Of a stretch of DNA of 64,000 nt, positions 30,359 to 39,076 are shown in pieces. Position 1 is the first letter of the stretch, and each line of letters begins with the position of its first letter. The DNA is from a virus (lineage: Duplodnaviria > Caudoviricetes): the IMG/VR virus record IMGVR_UViG_3300029705_000041. One strand, written 5' to 3'. The position numbers and the translations under genes were made by a program. The notes beneath the pieces were generated by a model that saw nothing but the letters and a program-made list of their open reading frames with translations, was not told the DNA's origin and ran no database searches.

Positions 30359-31003
30359 ATGAAGAAAAAGTTGATTATAGTAATGATATGTGTTTGCATA
30401 TTAGCATTAATATCATCAATTTGTTTTGGATTACAAAATGATGAAAAAACAAAGAATTCCGGTACAATTAAAATATCCGCAAAAGAAGATTTTACATATA
30501 TTCCAAATGAACAGAGAGTTATATACGTTTCAGAAGAAGATGTAAAAATAAATAAGATAGAGTCCGAAAATCCAATAGAACCTGTCGAAGTTCAACAACC
30601 TTCAGAAGCCAACTTGGTACAAAGTTTAGATTTTGATGCCGAAGAAGCTCAAATGTTAATGAAAATAGCTATGGCAGAAGCTGGCGGAGAAGGAAGGGAA
30701 TGCATGGCTTTAGTTATGCTCACGGTATTAAACCGTACATGGTCTGATAAATTTCCTAATAGTATATATAATGTAATACATGAAGTAAATAATGATGGCA
30801 CGTATCAATTTACACCGGTTTCTAATGGAGCTTATGCGGCAGCTGTTCCTAGTGAAGAATGTAGAGAGGCATTGGATTTAATTATGAATGGTTGGAATGA
30901 AAGTCAAAATGCTTTATATTTTGAAAGTTGTTCAGGAAGTTCTTGGCATAGTAGAAATCTTCAATTTTTATATCAATGCGGGAAAATGAGATTTTATAAA
31001 TAA
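30359..31003 (+). CDS. SleB/Hydrolase_2-family cell wall hydrolase
   Basis: N-terminal TM; AMAEAGGE, VLNR, FPNSI..VI, QFTPV, ALYF. Confidence 0.85.
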   Translation: MKKKLIIVMICVCILALISSICFGLQNDEKTKNSGTIKISAKEDFTYIPNEQRVIYVSEEDVKINKIESENPIEPVEVQQPSEANLVQSLDFDAEEAQMLMKIAMAEAGGEGRECMALVMLTVLNRTWSDKFPNSIYNVIHEVNNDGTYQFTPVSNGAYAAAVPSEECREALDLIMNGWNESQNALYFESCSGSSWHSRNLQFLYQCGKMRFYK

Positions 31004-31016
31004 TGAGGTATTACAT

Positions 31017-31448
31017 ATGAAAATAAGAACAGATTACGTTACAAATTCGAGTAGCAGCAGTTATGTAATTGCATATAGAACTTTACCGGAAATTGACGAT
31101 GAAACATTAAAGAAATATCCATTTTTAAAAGGGTATAACAAATTAATTGAAAAAATCTTATTAACTGCCGGAGACGATGAAACATCTGCTGGAGAAATAT
31201 TTAAAACCCAAGAAGAATGGGATAAACATATTATTAGTTATTACGGCTATAGGGATAATGATACGGTTGAAAAGATTATCGAAGCAGGAGAGTATAGCAA
31301 AGAAAGATATGAAAAATCAGTACAATGTTTTGAAAAAGGATTAAGAATTCTTGAAAAAAGTGTTGATTACAGCAATACATACTTTGGAGAAATGATTGAA
31401 GAACTTGCCAAAGATGAAGAAAATTTTGTAATATTGGATAGTGATTAA
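31017..31448 (+). CDS. hypothetical protein with MKIRTDYVTNSSSSSY N-terminus
   Basis: N-terminal motif shared with next two ORFs. Confidence 0.8.
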   Translation: MKIRTDYVTNSSSSSYVIAYRTLPEIDDETLKKYPFLKGYNKLIEKILLTAGDDETSAGEIFKTQEEWDKHIISYYGYRDNDTVEKIIEAGEYSKERYEKSVQCFEKGLRILEKSVDYSNTYFGEMIEELAKDEENFVILDSD

Positions 31449-31450
31449 TT

Positions 31451-31930
31451 ATGAAAATTAGAAATGATTTTGTAACGAATTCAAGTAGCAGTAGCTTTAT
31501 TTTGGGATTTACTTCTTCCGAAAACATAAATGAAGAATTATCAAGAGGATTCCCAGCAAATAACAGCGAACAATTTGAAACCGTTTTAAAAGATGTTGAA
31601 AATGCAGAGCAGTTTGATAAAGATGAAGCTATTAAACGTATTCGTGAAGAAATGAAATATCATGCCAGGTGGTCAGTTGAAGAAGTATATCGCAGAAGAA
31701 CAGGCTGTTCATATATTGATGCAATAGACTACGTGGAAACAGAAAAAGGTAAAAAAGAAGTAGAAGATTACCTTGAAAAGATTGTAAGTGATGTAGTTTC
31801 TAATATGAATGGCAAATCTATTTTTGTAGAACTTTCTTATTCAGATAATGATGGAAGTTATTATAGTGAATTAGAGCATGAAATTATGCCGGATATTGAA
31901 TCTACAATGATTAGTATGAGCCATCATTAA
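31451..31930 (+). CDS. hypothetical protein with MKIRNDFVTNSSSSSF N-terminus
   Basis: shared N-terminal motif. Confidence 0.8.
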   Translation: MKIRNDFVTNSSSSSFILGFTSSENINEELSRGFPANNSEQFETVLKDVENAEQFDKDEAIKRIREEMKYHARWSVEEVYRRRTGCSYIDAIDYVETEKGKKEVEDYLEKIVSDVVSNMNGKSIFVELSYSDNDGSYYSELEHEIMPDIESTMISMSHH

Positions 31931-31942
31931 GGAGGAATTTAT

Positions 31943-32398
31943 TTGAAATACAGAAAAGACTATGTAACTAATTCAAGCAGTTCAAGTTATATATGTGATG
32001 TTTGTGGAGATGAAGATTCCGGAATGGATTTGAGCATTTCTGATGCAGGAATGGTAGAGTGTGTAAATTCCCATACCGTGTGTACTTGTCATTTACTACC
32101 TAGACCAAATAAGAAAACAATGATTGAAGCTGTTCTGAATAAAAAATGGAATGAATATACAGAAGAAGAATTGCAGAAGATGGATGAAGATGAGTTATTT
32201 GATGATGTATTGACAGAAAGTGGAGATTATGAGATTCCGGCATCTATGTGTCCAATTTGCCAATTCCAGGAATATACATATGATGATATGCTTAAATATT
32301 TATTAAAGAAATACAACCTTTCTGATAAAGCAGTTCTTGAAGAAATAAAGAGCAAATTCAAGACATATGAAAACTTTTCAAAATTTATTAAAAAATAA
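31943..32398 (+). CDS. Cys-rich hypothetical protein with MKYRKDYVTNSSSSSY N-terminus
   Basis: shared motif; CDVC, CVNSH..C, CPIC; TTG start after AGGAGG. Confidence 0.8.
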   Translation: MKYRKDYVTNSSSSSYICDVCGDEDSGMDLSISDAGMVECVNSHTVCTCHLLPRPNKKTMIEAVLNKKWNEYTEEELQKMDEDELFDDVLTESGDYEIPASMCPICQFQEYTYDDMLKYLLKKYNLSDKAVLEEIKSKFKTYENFSKFIKK

Positions 32399-32440
32399 TT
32401 CAGAAAAAGTATTGACAAATAAAATAAAGCGTGATATAAT
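32392..32440 (+). promoter_or_regulatory. repeated-family promoter for RNA cluster
   Basis: TTGACA(32412)-17bp-TATAAT(32435). Confidence 0.85.
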
Positions 32441-32571
32441 AAGAATGTAATCAAACAAAGAACATTGAGTAGTGAGTAAAAAGCCATATTGATTATGCTG
32501 CAACGTACAAACGCTTATGAGGGTGTAACCCAGAACTGTCCGTACAACAGTAAAGCGTGTAGCAGAGATTA

Positions 32572-32645
32572 GAAGTCTGGTGTAGGTGGAAAGCACGCTG
32601 GCTATTGGAGCCGGAGGGTTTAGGTTCAAGTCCTAAAGATTTTGA
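32572..32645 (+). pseudogene. degenerate tRNA-like element (Gln/Pro-like loop TATTGGA)
   Basis: good T arm TTAGG-TTCAAGT-CCTAA and anticodon stem CTGGC/GCCGG, but A33, irregular D arm and no CCA. Confidence 0.45.
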
Positions 32646-32797
32646 GCAAAAAGAAAATCTCTTAAAAGTATGATATATGAAAAAGTGGTGTAAAAAGAAT
32701 AGCAAGTAATTAGAATAGATAATTGTTGGTAACGAATGCGCATCGGAATCCAACCATCACTCCAATAGGTGAGAGACCTATTGCTCAATGTATATAT

Positions 32798-32873
32798 TGT
32801 GGTGTAGCCAAGTGGTAAGGCACAGGACTTTGACTCCTGCATTTCGTTGGTTCGAGTCCAACCACCACAGCCA
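32798..32873 (+). tRNA. tRNA-Gln(TTG)
   Basis: cloverleaf, loop CT-TTG-AC, encoded CCA. Confidence 0.92.
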
Positions 32874-33048
32874 AGGAGATACTTGACTTACTATTTTCAA
32901 AGCACTCCTTAAAGGTTACGAAAATAGCGTTTTCAATAACGAGATGATTGTGATTTGTTTAGACGTATTTATTTAATATAAAGAAAATCGTGTGAGGGCT
33001 TTCGAGATTTGCGTAGAAAACACATTAAACCGGAAATCTTATAAAAAT

Positions 33049-33125
33049 GGGAGAGTAACGATAATTGGAAATCGCCTGGTCTCCAAAACCATGGTACGTA
33101 GGTTCGATTCCTACTTCTCCCGCCA
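33049..33125 (+). tRNA. tRNA-Trp(CCA)
   Basis: loop CT-CCA-AA, T arm GTAGG-TTCGATT-CCTAC, CCA end. Confidence 0.88.
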
Positions 33126-33128
33126 TAT

Positions 33129-33223
33129 GGAGTTATAATCCTAATTGGTAAGGAAATTGTTTGCTAAACAATTAGTAATCGGTGAAAATCGGTGTTTCGG
33201 TTCGAGTCCGAATAACTCCGCCA
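33129..33223 (+). tRNA. tRNA-Ser(GCT)
   Basis: loop TT-GCT-AA, long variable arm, CCA end. Confidence 0.9.
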
Positions 33224-33226
33224 TAT

Positions 33227-33302
33227 GCACCAGTAGTTCAAAGGATAGAATGACCGGCTACGAACTGGTTGGTTGTAGGTTCGATTCCTACCTGGTGTGC
33301 CA
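33227..33302 (+). tRNA. tRNA-Arg(ACG)
   Basis: loop CT-ACG-AA, CCA end. Confidence 0.9.
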
Positions 33303-33573
33303 TAGCTTATTAGGCTAGAATGCATCATCCTTCTATTAAAATTATAATGGGTATAAAAGTAAGATGCAAAAATTCCCTAAAGTAAGCTAAAAAATTAAAA
33401 GGTGGCTAATTATAATCATCCTTCTATTTTAAGAGGTTCAATCCCTCTCTCTGAATTGGTTATTTATTAGATTATATAATATCCACCAATCTTATTTAGG
33501 CTATGTGGCAGCTTCCTTCTATAAAAAACATACATGAAGAATATTAAAAGATAAGTTGCCACAATTTCCAAAA
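33303..33573 (+). ncRNA. ATCCTTCTA-scaffold RNA units 1-3 (33303-33389, 33401-33487, 33495-33573)
   Basis: each: outer stem-GGCTA-inner stem-(A/T)TCCTTCTA-cargo-inner stem'-AAT(A/T)T-CC-outer stem'; inner stems TGCATC/GATGCA, TATAATC/GATTATA, TGTGGCAGC/GTTGCCACA. Confidence 0.75.
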
Positions 33574-33595
33574 CAAAGAAAAGGAGTATAAAGAA

Positions 33596-35818
33596 ATGTT
33601 TGAAGTAAATGAAATTTTGCTAAGAAGAAAGAATAAGGTAATTCTTGCTGAAGGTAATCGGGATTATGTAACAACCAAGACAGAAAAAGCAATGGTTGTA
33701 TCTATTGCAAAGAATATCGAGGCATATGGTTTTACTTTTTCGCCCGAAGTTTTAAACATTTTACTTACATTCACAAGAGATGAAATCGAAGCGTTTTATA
33801 AGGAATTAATTCCTAAGTTGAAAAAACTTGTTGGAGCAGATAAAGAGTATTATCCTATGTACCCTAATTTTCCGCAGCAAGTAATGGAAGCATCGGACAT
33901 TGAATTGTTCGTAAATGCAATACTTCATTATTTTACATTTGGTCAGTGGATGCCGGAGTATGAAAAAGATGAACGTTTACCACTGTTTGATAGTAATAAA
34001 ATGACTGTTTTATCTGTAGGAAATGCCTCTGATGTTATGGATATTCTTAGTAATTTGGTAAGCAGTAAAACATCGTTATCAGAACAGGACAAATGTGATG
34101 TTGAAACAATTATCAAAACATATCCTGAATATCACAAATATCTTCCGGATGAAATTCCTCTGAAGGAAAATGTAGCTTTAATAGGAAAGATAATTCTTGA
34201 AGAAGCTCCTATAAAGAAAGCAAGCTATATTCAAAAATATTATAAAACAGCAACAGATGTATTAAGACTTGTTACTTGTTTATCAGATGGAGATATAAGT
34301 TTGGCAACAAGAACAAAGTACAGAAGTTTAAAACGTGCTGAACGAAGAATGATAATGGATTTACTTGCTGGATGTGGTAACATTATCGAAGATTTATTTA
34401 GATACCATTATCAGTGGATTCGTGTCGGAGAAATCATTCATCCTTTTGAATATAAAGCTGCTAAATATAATAGCGTTAATGATGCATTTAAAATTCTTAG
34501 AGAAGATAATAAACCTTTGATGTTTGGTGGAAAGGTGCAAGCTGCAATTTTAGCAAAAGATATGAAAACAGCAGCAACCCTACTTAAAGAACGTCCAGGT
34601 GAATTTGCAAGACAGCTTGATAAAGTTATGAGAGATGCATCGGATAAGAATTATATTTTGAATTGCTTTAAAGCTGTAGCAAATGACATTTCTACTCCGG
34701 TTCTTCTTCAAGTAAGACAACATTTCCAGGGAAGAAATAATCAGAATCCAATCAGAGTATTTTTCCCAAAAGGAAATTTGGCAAGAGCAATAGTTATTCC
34801 AAATGAACTGGTTGAGATTGAAGATAGATATTGTAAGTCAATTGTACAAATCTGTGAAAATGCTCTTTTAGAAAATTATAAGAGTAAGGATTACATGGGT
34901 AAAGTATATATTGACAGTGAATTGAAAAATTATATTGTTCCATTCAATCAGAGAAGTGCAAGTAGTGCAAATAAAATCATAATCAGAGGTAGCCAGGTTC
35001 CTATTAAAGAGGACGCAACCGCTGTAAGAGGATTTATTTGGTGGACAAATATGGATAGCCATAGCTACGGTAGTAGAGTTGATATAGATTTATCTGCTGC
35101 AATTTATGATGAGAATTGGAATTATGTAAGTCATGTTTCTTATACAAATTTGAGAGATAAGAACTTACAAGCATTTCATTCCGGAGATATTACTGATGGT
35201 GGAAATGCTAATGGTAAAGGTGTTGCGGAATTTCTTGATGTAAATATAGATGCCGTAGCGAAAAGAGGAAGATATATTGTATATCAGGTTTATAGCTTTA
35301 CAGGGCAGAAGTTTTCTGATATGCCAAATTGTAGATTTGGTTGGATGGAACGTGAAGATGTTGCATCTGGAGAAATTTTTGAACCAAAAACTGTTGCTAT
35401 GAGTCTTGATGTTACTTCTGAAAGTACCGTGGCAATACCGGTAATATTCGATTGTAAAGAACGTAAGTTCATTTGGTGTGATATGAACCTTGGCATTAAT
35501 GATACAAGTAGAAGATGCAGAGGAAATAACCTGGAAAGTAATTTATCAGGTGTAACTGCAACTTGTTATGCTATGACACATTTAAACAAAGCAAATATTT
35601 ATGATTTGGTTAGATTAAATGTAGAAGCAAGAGGTTTAATTACAACCAATAGAAATGAGGCTGATATTATTTTTAGTAATGATACAACTATACCTGTAGA
35701 GGTAGTAGAAGTTGAAGATGAAATTACAAAAGAAAAGAAATTCGTTCAGCGTGAAAGAAATAATGTTCCGATTATAACTGCATATGATGCAGATTATTAT
35801 ATGGGACAGTTGCTATAA
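33596..35818 (+). CDS. 740-aa protein, long helical N-terminal region plus C-terminal TerD-like domain (possible Ro60/TROVE-like RNA-binding protein)
   Basis: VDIDLSA..YD, HSGDITD, AEFLDV TerD-like motifs; YPNFP, RPGEFARQLD; TROVE-like assignment inferred from context only. Confidence 0.6.
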   Translation: MFEVNEILLRRKNKVILAEGNRDYVTTKTEKAMVVSIAKNIEAYGFTFSPEVLNILLTFTRDEIEAFYKELIPKLKKLVGADKEYYPMYPNFPQQVMEASDIELFVNAILHYFTFGQWMPEYEKDERLPLFDSNKMTVLSVGNASDVMDILSNLVSSKTSLSEQDKCDVETIIKTYPEYHKYLPDEIPLKENVALIGKIILEEAPIKKASYIQKYYKTATDVLRLVTCLSDGDISLATRTKYRSLKRAERRMIMDLLAGCGNIIEDLFRYHYQWIRVGEIIHPFEYKAAKYNSVNDAFKILREDNKPLMFGGKVQAAILAKDMKTAATLLKERPGEFARQLDKVMRDASDKNYILNCFKAVANDISTPVLLQVRQHFQGRNNQNPIRVFFPKGNLARAIVIPNELVEIEDRYCKSIVQICENALLENYKSKDYMGKVYIDSELKNYIVPFNQRSASSANKIIIRGSQVPIKEDATAVRGFIWWTNMDSHSYGSRVDIDLSAAIYDENWNYVSHVSYTNLRDKNLQAFHSGDITDGGNANGKGVAEFLDVNIDAVAKRGRYIVYQVYSFTGQKFSDMPNCRFGWMEREDVASGEIFEPKTVAMSLDVTSESTVAIPVIFDCKERKFIWCDMNLGINDTSRRCRGNNLESNLSGVTATCYAMTHLNKANIYDLVRLNVEARGLITTNRNEADIIFSNDTTIPVEVVEVEDEITKEKKFVQRERNNVPIITAYDADYYMGQLL

Positions 35819-35825
35819 AATATAT

Positions 35826-36382
35826 TTCGGCTGGGACTACTCATCCTTCTAAATGCTGCGTAGCATCAAACTTTTAATTTGACCAAGAGTAGAAAATATC
35901 CGAATATTAAAAAAATATAAAAATAATTCAGAAAAAGTATTGACAAATACAAAAAACTATGCTATAATGTAATTACAGTAAAAGTTCGGCTGATAACACT
36001 CATCCTTCTAAGCCTTGAATAAGGAACATACTGCTAATATGATTAAAGAGTGTGAAATATCCGAATATTATAAAACCATAATCGGCTAATAAGTTTCATC
36101 CTTCTACGTATTTTTAATCCTTGTGTTATGGGTTCGAGTCCCATCCATATCGGTGATATGGTAGCTCAACAGGTAGAGCAAAGGCAAGTTGGAAACTTAA
36201 ATATCCGATAAAAATAAAGCAGAAAAAGTATTGAACAAATTTCGGCTGTAGGAATTCATCCTTCTAATATACATAATTCCAGGCTGCAAGTGTAGGTTCG
36301 ACTCCTGCTATCGTGCATATGTGCGATATAGCCAAACGGTAAGGCGGCAGCATATAAAAAAAGAATTCAAAATTTCCGAAAT
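35826..36382 (+). ncRNA. ATCCTTCTA-scaffold RNA units 4-7 (35826-35904, 35985-36065, 36081-36209, 36239-36382); units 6-7 contain circularly permuted tRNA domains
   Basis: TCGG-CT...CATCCTTCTA...AAAT(A/T)TCCGA in all four; co-varying inner stems CTACTC/GAGTAG, ACACTC/GAGTGT, AAGTTTC/GAAACTT, GAATTC/GAATTC. Confidence 0.85.
35919..35968 (+). promoter_or_regulatory. repeated-family promoter inside ncRNA array
   Basis: TTGACA(35940)-17bp-TATAAT(35963). Confidence 0.85.
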
Positions 36383-36394
36383 GAGGTATAACAA

Positions 36395-37156
36395 ATGGCA
36401 AGAAAAATTAAAAACCAGTCAATTAACAAGACAGAAAAAGTATTTATAGAGAAATTTCAATCTTTATGTTATACAAGAAGTTCTTGGGAGGTTTGGGCTG
36501 ATTTTATAACAGCTACAGCTTGTGCAATCGCAAACTCTATTGACAAAGAATCAGAACAGTTTGAAAAAAGAGAAAAAGAATATGCTCAATGCATTGAAAG
36601 ACTTGGAGGTTTGCAAACTCCGGCAGAAATGCTTGGTATAATTACTATGGCTCTTGAAGAAAATCCGGAACAAGATTTCTTAGGTGGTTTATTTATGAAA
36701 CTTGAATTAGGAAATCATTGGAAAGGACAATTCTTTACACCATATTGTGTATGTAAAACCATGGCTGCTATTAATTCTTATGAGCTTGAAGAAACTATAC
36801 AAAATAAAGGCTGGGTTTCAGTAAATGATTGTGCTTGTGGTGCTGGAGCAACTTTGATAGCAATGGCAAACACCTTAAAAGAACATGAAGTTAATTATCA
36901 AAATCACGCCTTATTCGTGGCACAAGATATAGACAGAGTTGCAGGATTGATGTGTTACATTCAGTTGTCATTACTTGGATGTCCAGGATATGTTGTAATA
37001 GCCGATTCACTTACAAATCCGATTGTTGGAAGTGTTTTAAGACCGGCACAAAAAGAGAATCAAGAATTCTGGTTTACACCAATGTATGCATCAGATGTAT
37101 GGCACTACCGTAGATTATACAACATGATGGATTCAATACTATTTGGAAGGAATTAA
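36395..37156 (+). CDS. N6-adenine methyltransferase-family protein (SAM-binding half)
   Basis: GQFFTP, DCACGAG, AQDID; no NPPF/DPPY motif seen. Confidence 0.7.
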   Translation: MARKIKNQSINKTEKVFIEKFQSLCYTRSSWEVWADFITATACAIANSIDKESEQFEKREKEYAQCIERLGGLQTPAEMLGIITMALEENPEQDFLGGLFMKLELGNHWKGQFFTPYCVCKTMAAINSYELEETIQNKGWVSVNDCACGAGATLIAMANTLKEHEVNYQNHALFVAQDIDRVAGLMCYIQLSLLGCPGYVVIADSLTNPIVGSVLRPAQKENQEFWFTPMYASDVWHYRRLYNMMDSILFGRN

Positions 37157-37343
37157 CAAGATGAATTATAAATTTATTTGCCCGAAATGTGGTGCTAATA
37201 AAGAAATTCAAATGCCTATTTCAGAATATACCGGAGAAGGTCATATTTGTGAATGTGGAGCTGAATTAAAACGTGACCCTCAATCATTTTGTTGTAGTTA
37301 CGAAGCTAAATGTGATGGGTTTTACGGAAAAACTTCAAAGTGA
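37143..37343 (+). CDS. FmdB-like zinc ribbon protein
   Basis: YKFICPKCG...CECGAELKR. Confidence 0.65.
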   Translation: MEGINKMNYKFICPKCGANKEIQMPISEYTGEGHICECGAELKRDPQSFCCSYEAKCDGFYGKTSK

Positions 37344-37488
37344 TAAATAACTTAAAACCTTACCGATGTCATATTTTTTTGTTCATGTTTTTGTTTGTTG
37401 TTAATGTTGTCCATTTTTTCTCCGCATCGGTTAAAACGTAAATCTGTAAAGTTTATTCGTTAAAAGGTCTTTACAGTTATATATATAA

Positions 37489-37573
37489 GCGGATATGGCG
37501 GAATTGGCAGACGCACAAGATTTAGGCTCTTGCGCAGCGAAGCGTACAGGTTCGATTCCTGTTATCCGCACCA
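37489..37573 (+). tRNA. tRNA-Leu(TAG)
   Basis: GGCGGAATTGGCAGACGC D arm, loop TT-TAG-GC, long variable arm, CCA. Confidence 0.9.
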
Positions 37574-37576
37574 TAT

Positions 37577-37652
37577 ACGGATGTAGCTCAATCGGTAGAG
37601 CAGATGACTTTTAATCATCAGGTAGTGAGTTCGAGTCTCATCATCCGTACCA
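37577..37652 (+). tRNA. tRNA-Lys(TTT)
   Basis: loop CT-TTT-AA, CCA. Confidence 0.9.
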
Positions 37653-37725
37653 GATGTCAGGTAGCGCCTGACTGATGTGAGAGTGAGTCGGCAATCCTCA
37701 CAAAGAATGAAAATGGTCACTGAAA
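37653..37725 (+). ncRNA. structured ncRNA candidate directly after tRNA-Lys
   Basis: hairpins GTCAGG/CCTGAC and TGTGAG/CTCACA followed by AAGAATGA. Confidence 0.45.
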
Positions 37726-37821
37726 ATTTATAAAGTTATCAAGAAAGTTATGTTAAATAGAGTGTGGTATAATAAGGGATAATTTTTATAAAACAATCTA
37801 AGTGGCAAACCGACCATATAT

Positions 37822-37908
37822 GCCGCTATGGTGGAATTGGCAGACACAAGGGACTTAAAATCCCTCGGTAGAAATACCGTACCGGTTCGAGTCCGGTTAG
37901 CGGCACCA
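37822..37908 (+). tRNA. tRNA-Leu(TAA)
   Basis: loop CT-TAA-AA, variable arm, CCA. Confidence 0.92.
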
Positions 37909-38400
37909 GAATTGTTGCAGATGCGAATATAGGCGGTACTTAATTCATAGGCATTCAGTGCATATATCGTTAGCACACTCCGTGGGAACTGCTCCTATAG
38001 CTGATGGTTCCTTGCAACATCTACACGAATAAGAAGAAGCAAACTCTCTGCTAATGGTGAAATGATATATCTGTTAGCCGTACTAATACGTATTAGGTAT
38101 TTGTGTAGCGTTATAATCCTACCAACACGTTAGATTGGGGCAAGTATAATAGCGGATTAATATAGATAATGATTTGTAGCATAATGGATTTAGCAATTTA
38201 TTGTATTGGTGGCAAATATTATACATTTGTTGTCGGCTACACGGCGATAATCAATACGATAATGAGCGACAGTTTTTATTACCGGTTAAAGTTTTTGAAT
38301 TTGAGGTGAGGCATAATAATTTTGTGGAGTGGCTATGTAGACCAACTAGCAGTGTCTAAGCATAGAGTAGGATTTGATTGCTTTAGCCGGAATAAAAATT
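37909..38400 (+). ncRNA. large multi-domain structured ncRNA candidate (~490 nt)
   Basis: no + strand ORF of 60 aa or more; successive long-range helices between two tRNAs. Confidence 0.6.
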
Positions 38401-38408
38401 GCTTATAT

Positions 38409-38485
38409 CTGGATATAGTTCAGTTTGGTAGAATGCGTGCTTTGGGAGCATGAGGTCGCAGGTTCGAGTCCTGTTATCCAGACCA
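38409..38485 (+). tRNA. tRNA-Pro(TGG)
   Basis: loop TT-TGG-GA, CCA. Confidence 0.9.
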
Positions 38486-38674
38486 AGCCATTTGAGATTG
38501 TACTTCATCCTCTTAGTGCAATCAAGGCGAATAGAGGTAGACACCTGGGAGAGACTGGCGATAAGATTAAAGTTAGAATCTATAAAAGTTATTGGTATTT
38601 AGTATTGCAGTCGAGAGCAACCAAATATTAGAGATACTGTGCTGAACCAATATTATTTATCAATAACTACAAAT

Positions 38675-38748
38675 GCGGATATAGTTTAATGGCAAAACAC
38701 CTGATTTCCAATCAGAAGTTGAGGGTTCAATTCCCTTTATCCGCTCCA
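38675..38748 (+). tRNA. tRNA-Gly(TCC)
   Basis: loop TT-TCC-AA, U discriminator, CCA. Confidence 0.9.
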
Positions 38749-38930
38749 TTTTCCTTATATGTTTAAATATCAAAACTTAATCGACATATGAAAAAACTTT
38801 AGGCAAGGTTTGAGGTAGATAAAAATAATGACCTGTAAGTATAATTATTTTCCTATGCCTTGATTATTCAAAGTATTATTTAACCGACAAGGTATAAAGG
38901 TTTTATAGAATAATCAAACACGTGTCATAT

Positions 38931-39014
38931 GCTGATGTGTCGGAACTGGCAGACGAATTGGATTCAAAATCCAACGGTTTAACCGTGTGGGTTCAAGTCC
39001 CACCATCAGTACCA
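38931..39014 (+). tRNA. tRNA-Leu(CAA)
   Basis: loop TT-CAA-AA, variable arm, CCA. Confidence 0.88.
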
Positions 39015-39076
39015 TGAAATTATTGTACAATATTTTAAATGTTAAAGAAATGAGAATTTTTTGGAGGAAGAATAAC

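Noticed and set aside
32500-32565. Hammerhead ribozyme
   Set aside because: Three stems are present, but the core reads CTTATGA/AGAA instead of CTGANGA/GAAA, so essential nucleotides are missing.
36111-36351. Ordinary tRNA genes
   Set aside because: The T arm precedes the D arm, the acceptor stem is closed by a loop, and there is no CCA.
33303-36382. CRISPR array or attachment-site repeats
   Set aside because: Spacing is irregular, only ~9 nt are conserved, and the rest co-varies as RNA stems.
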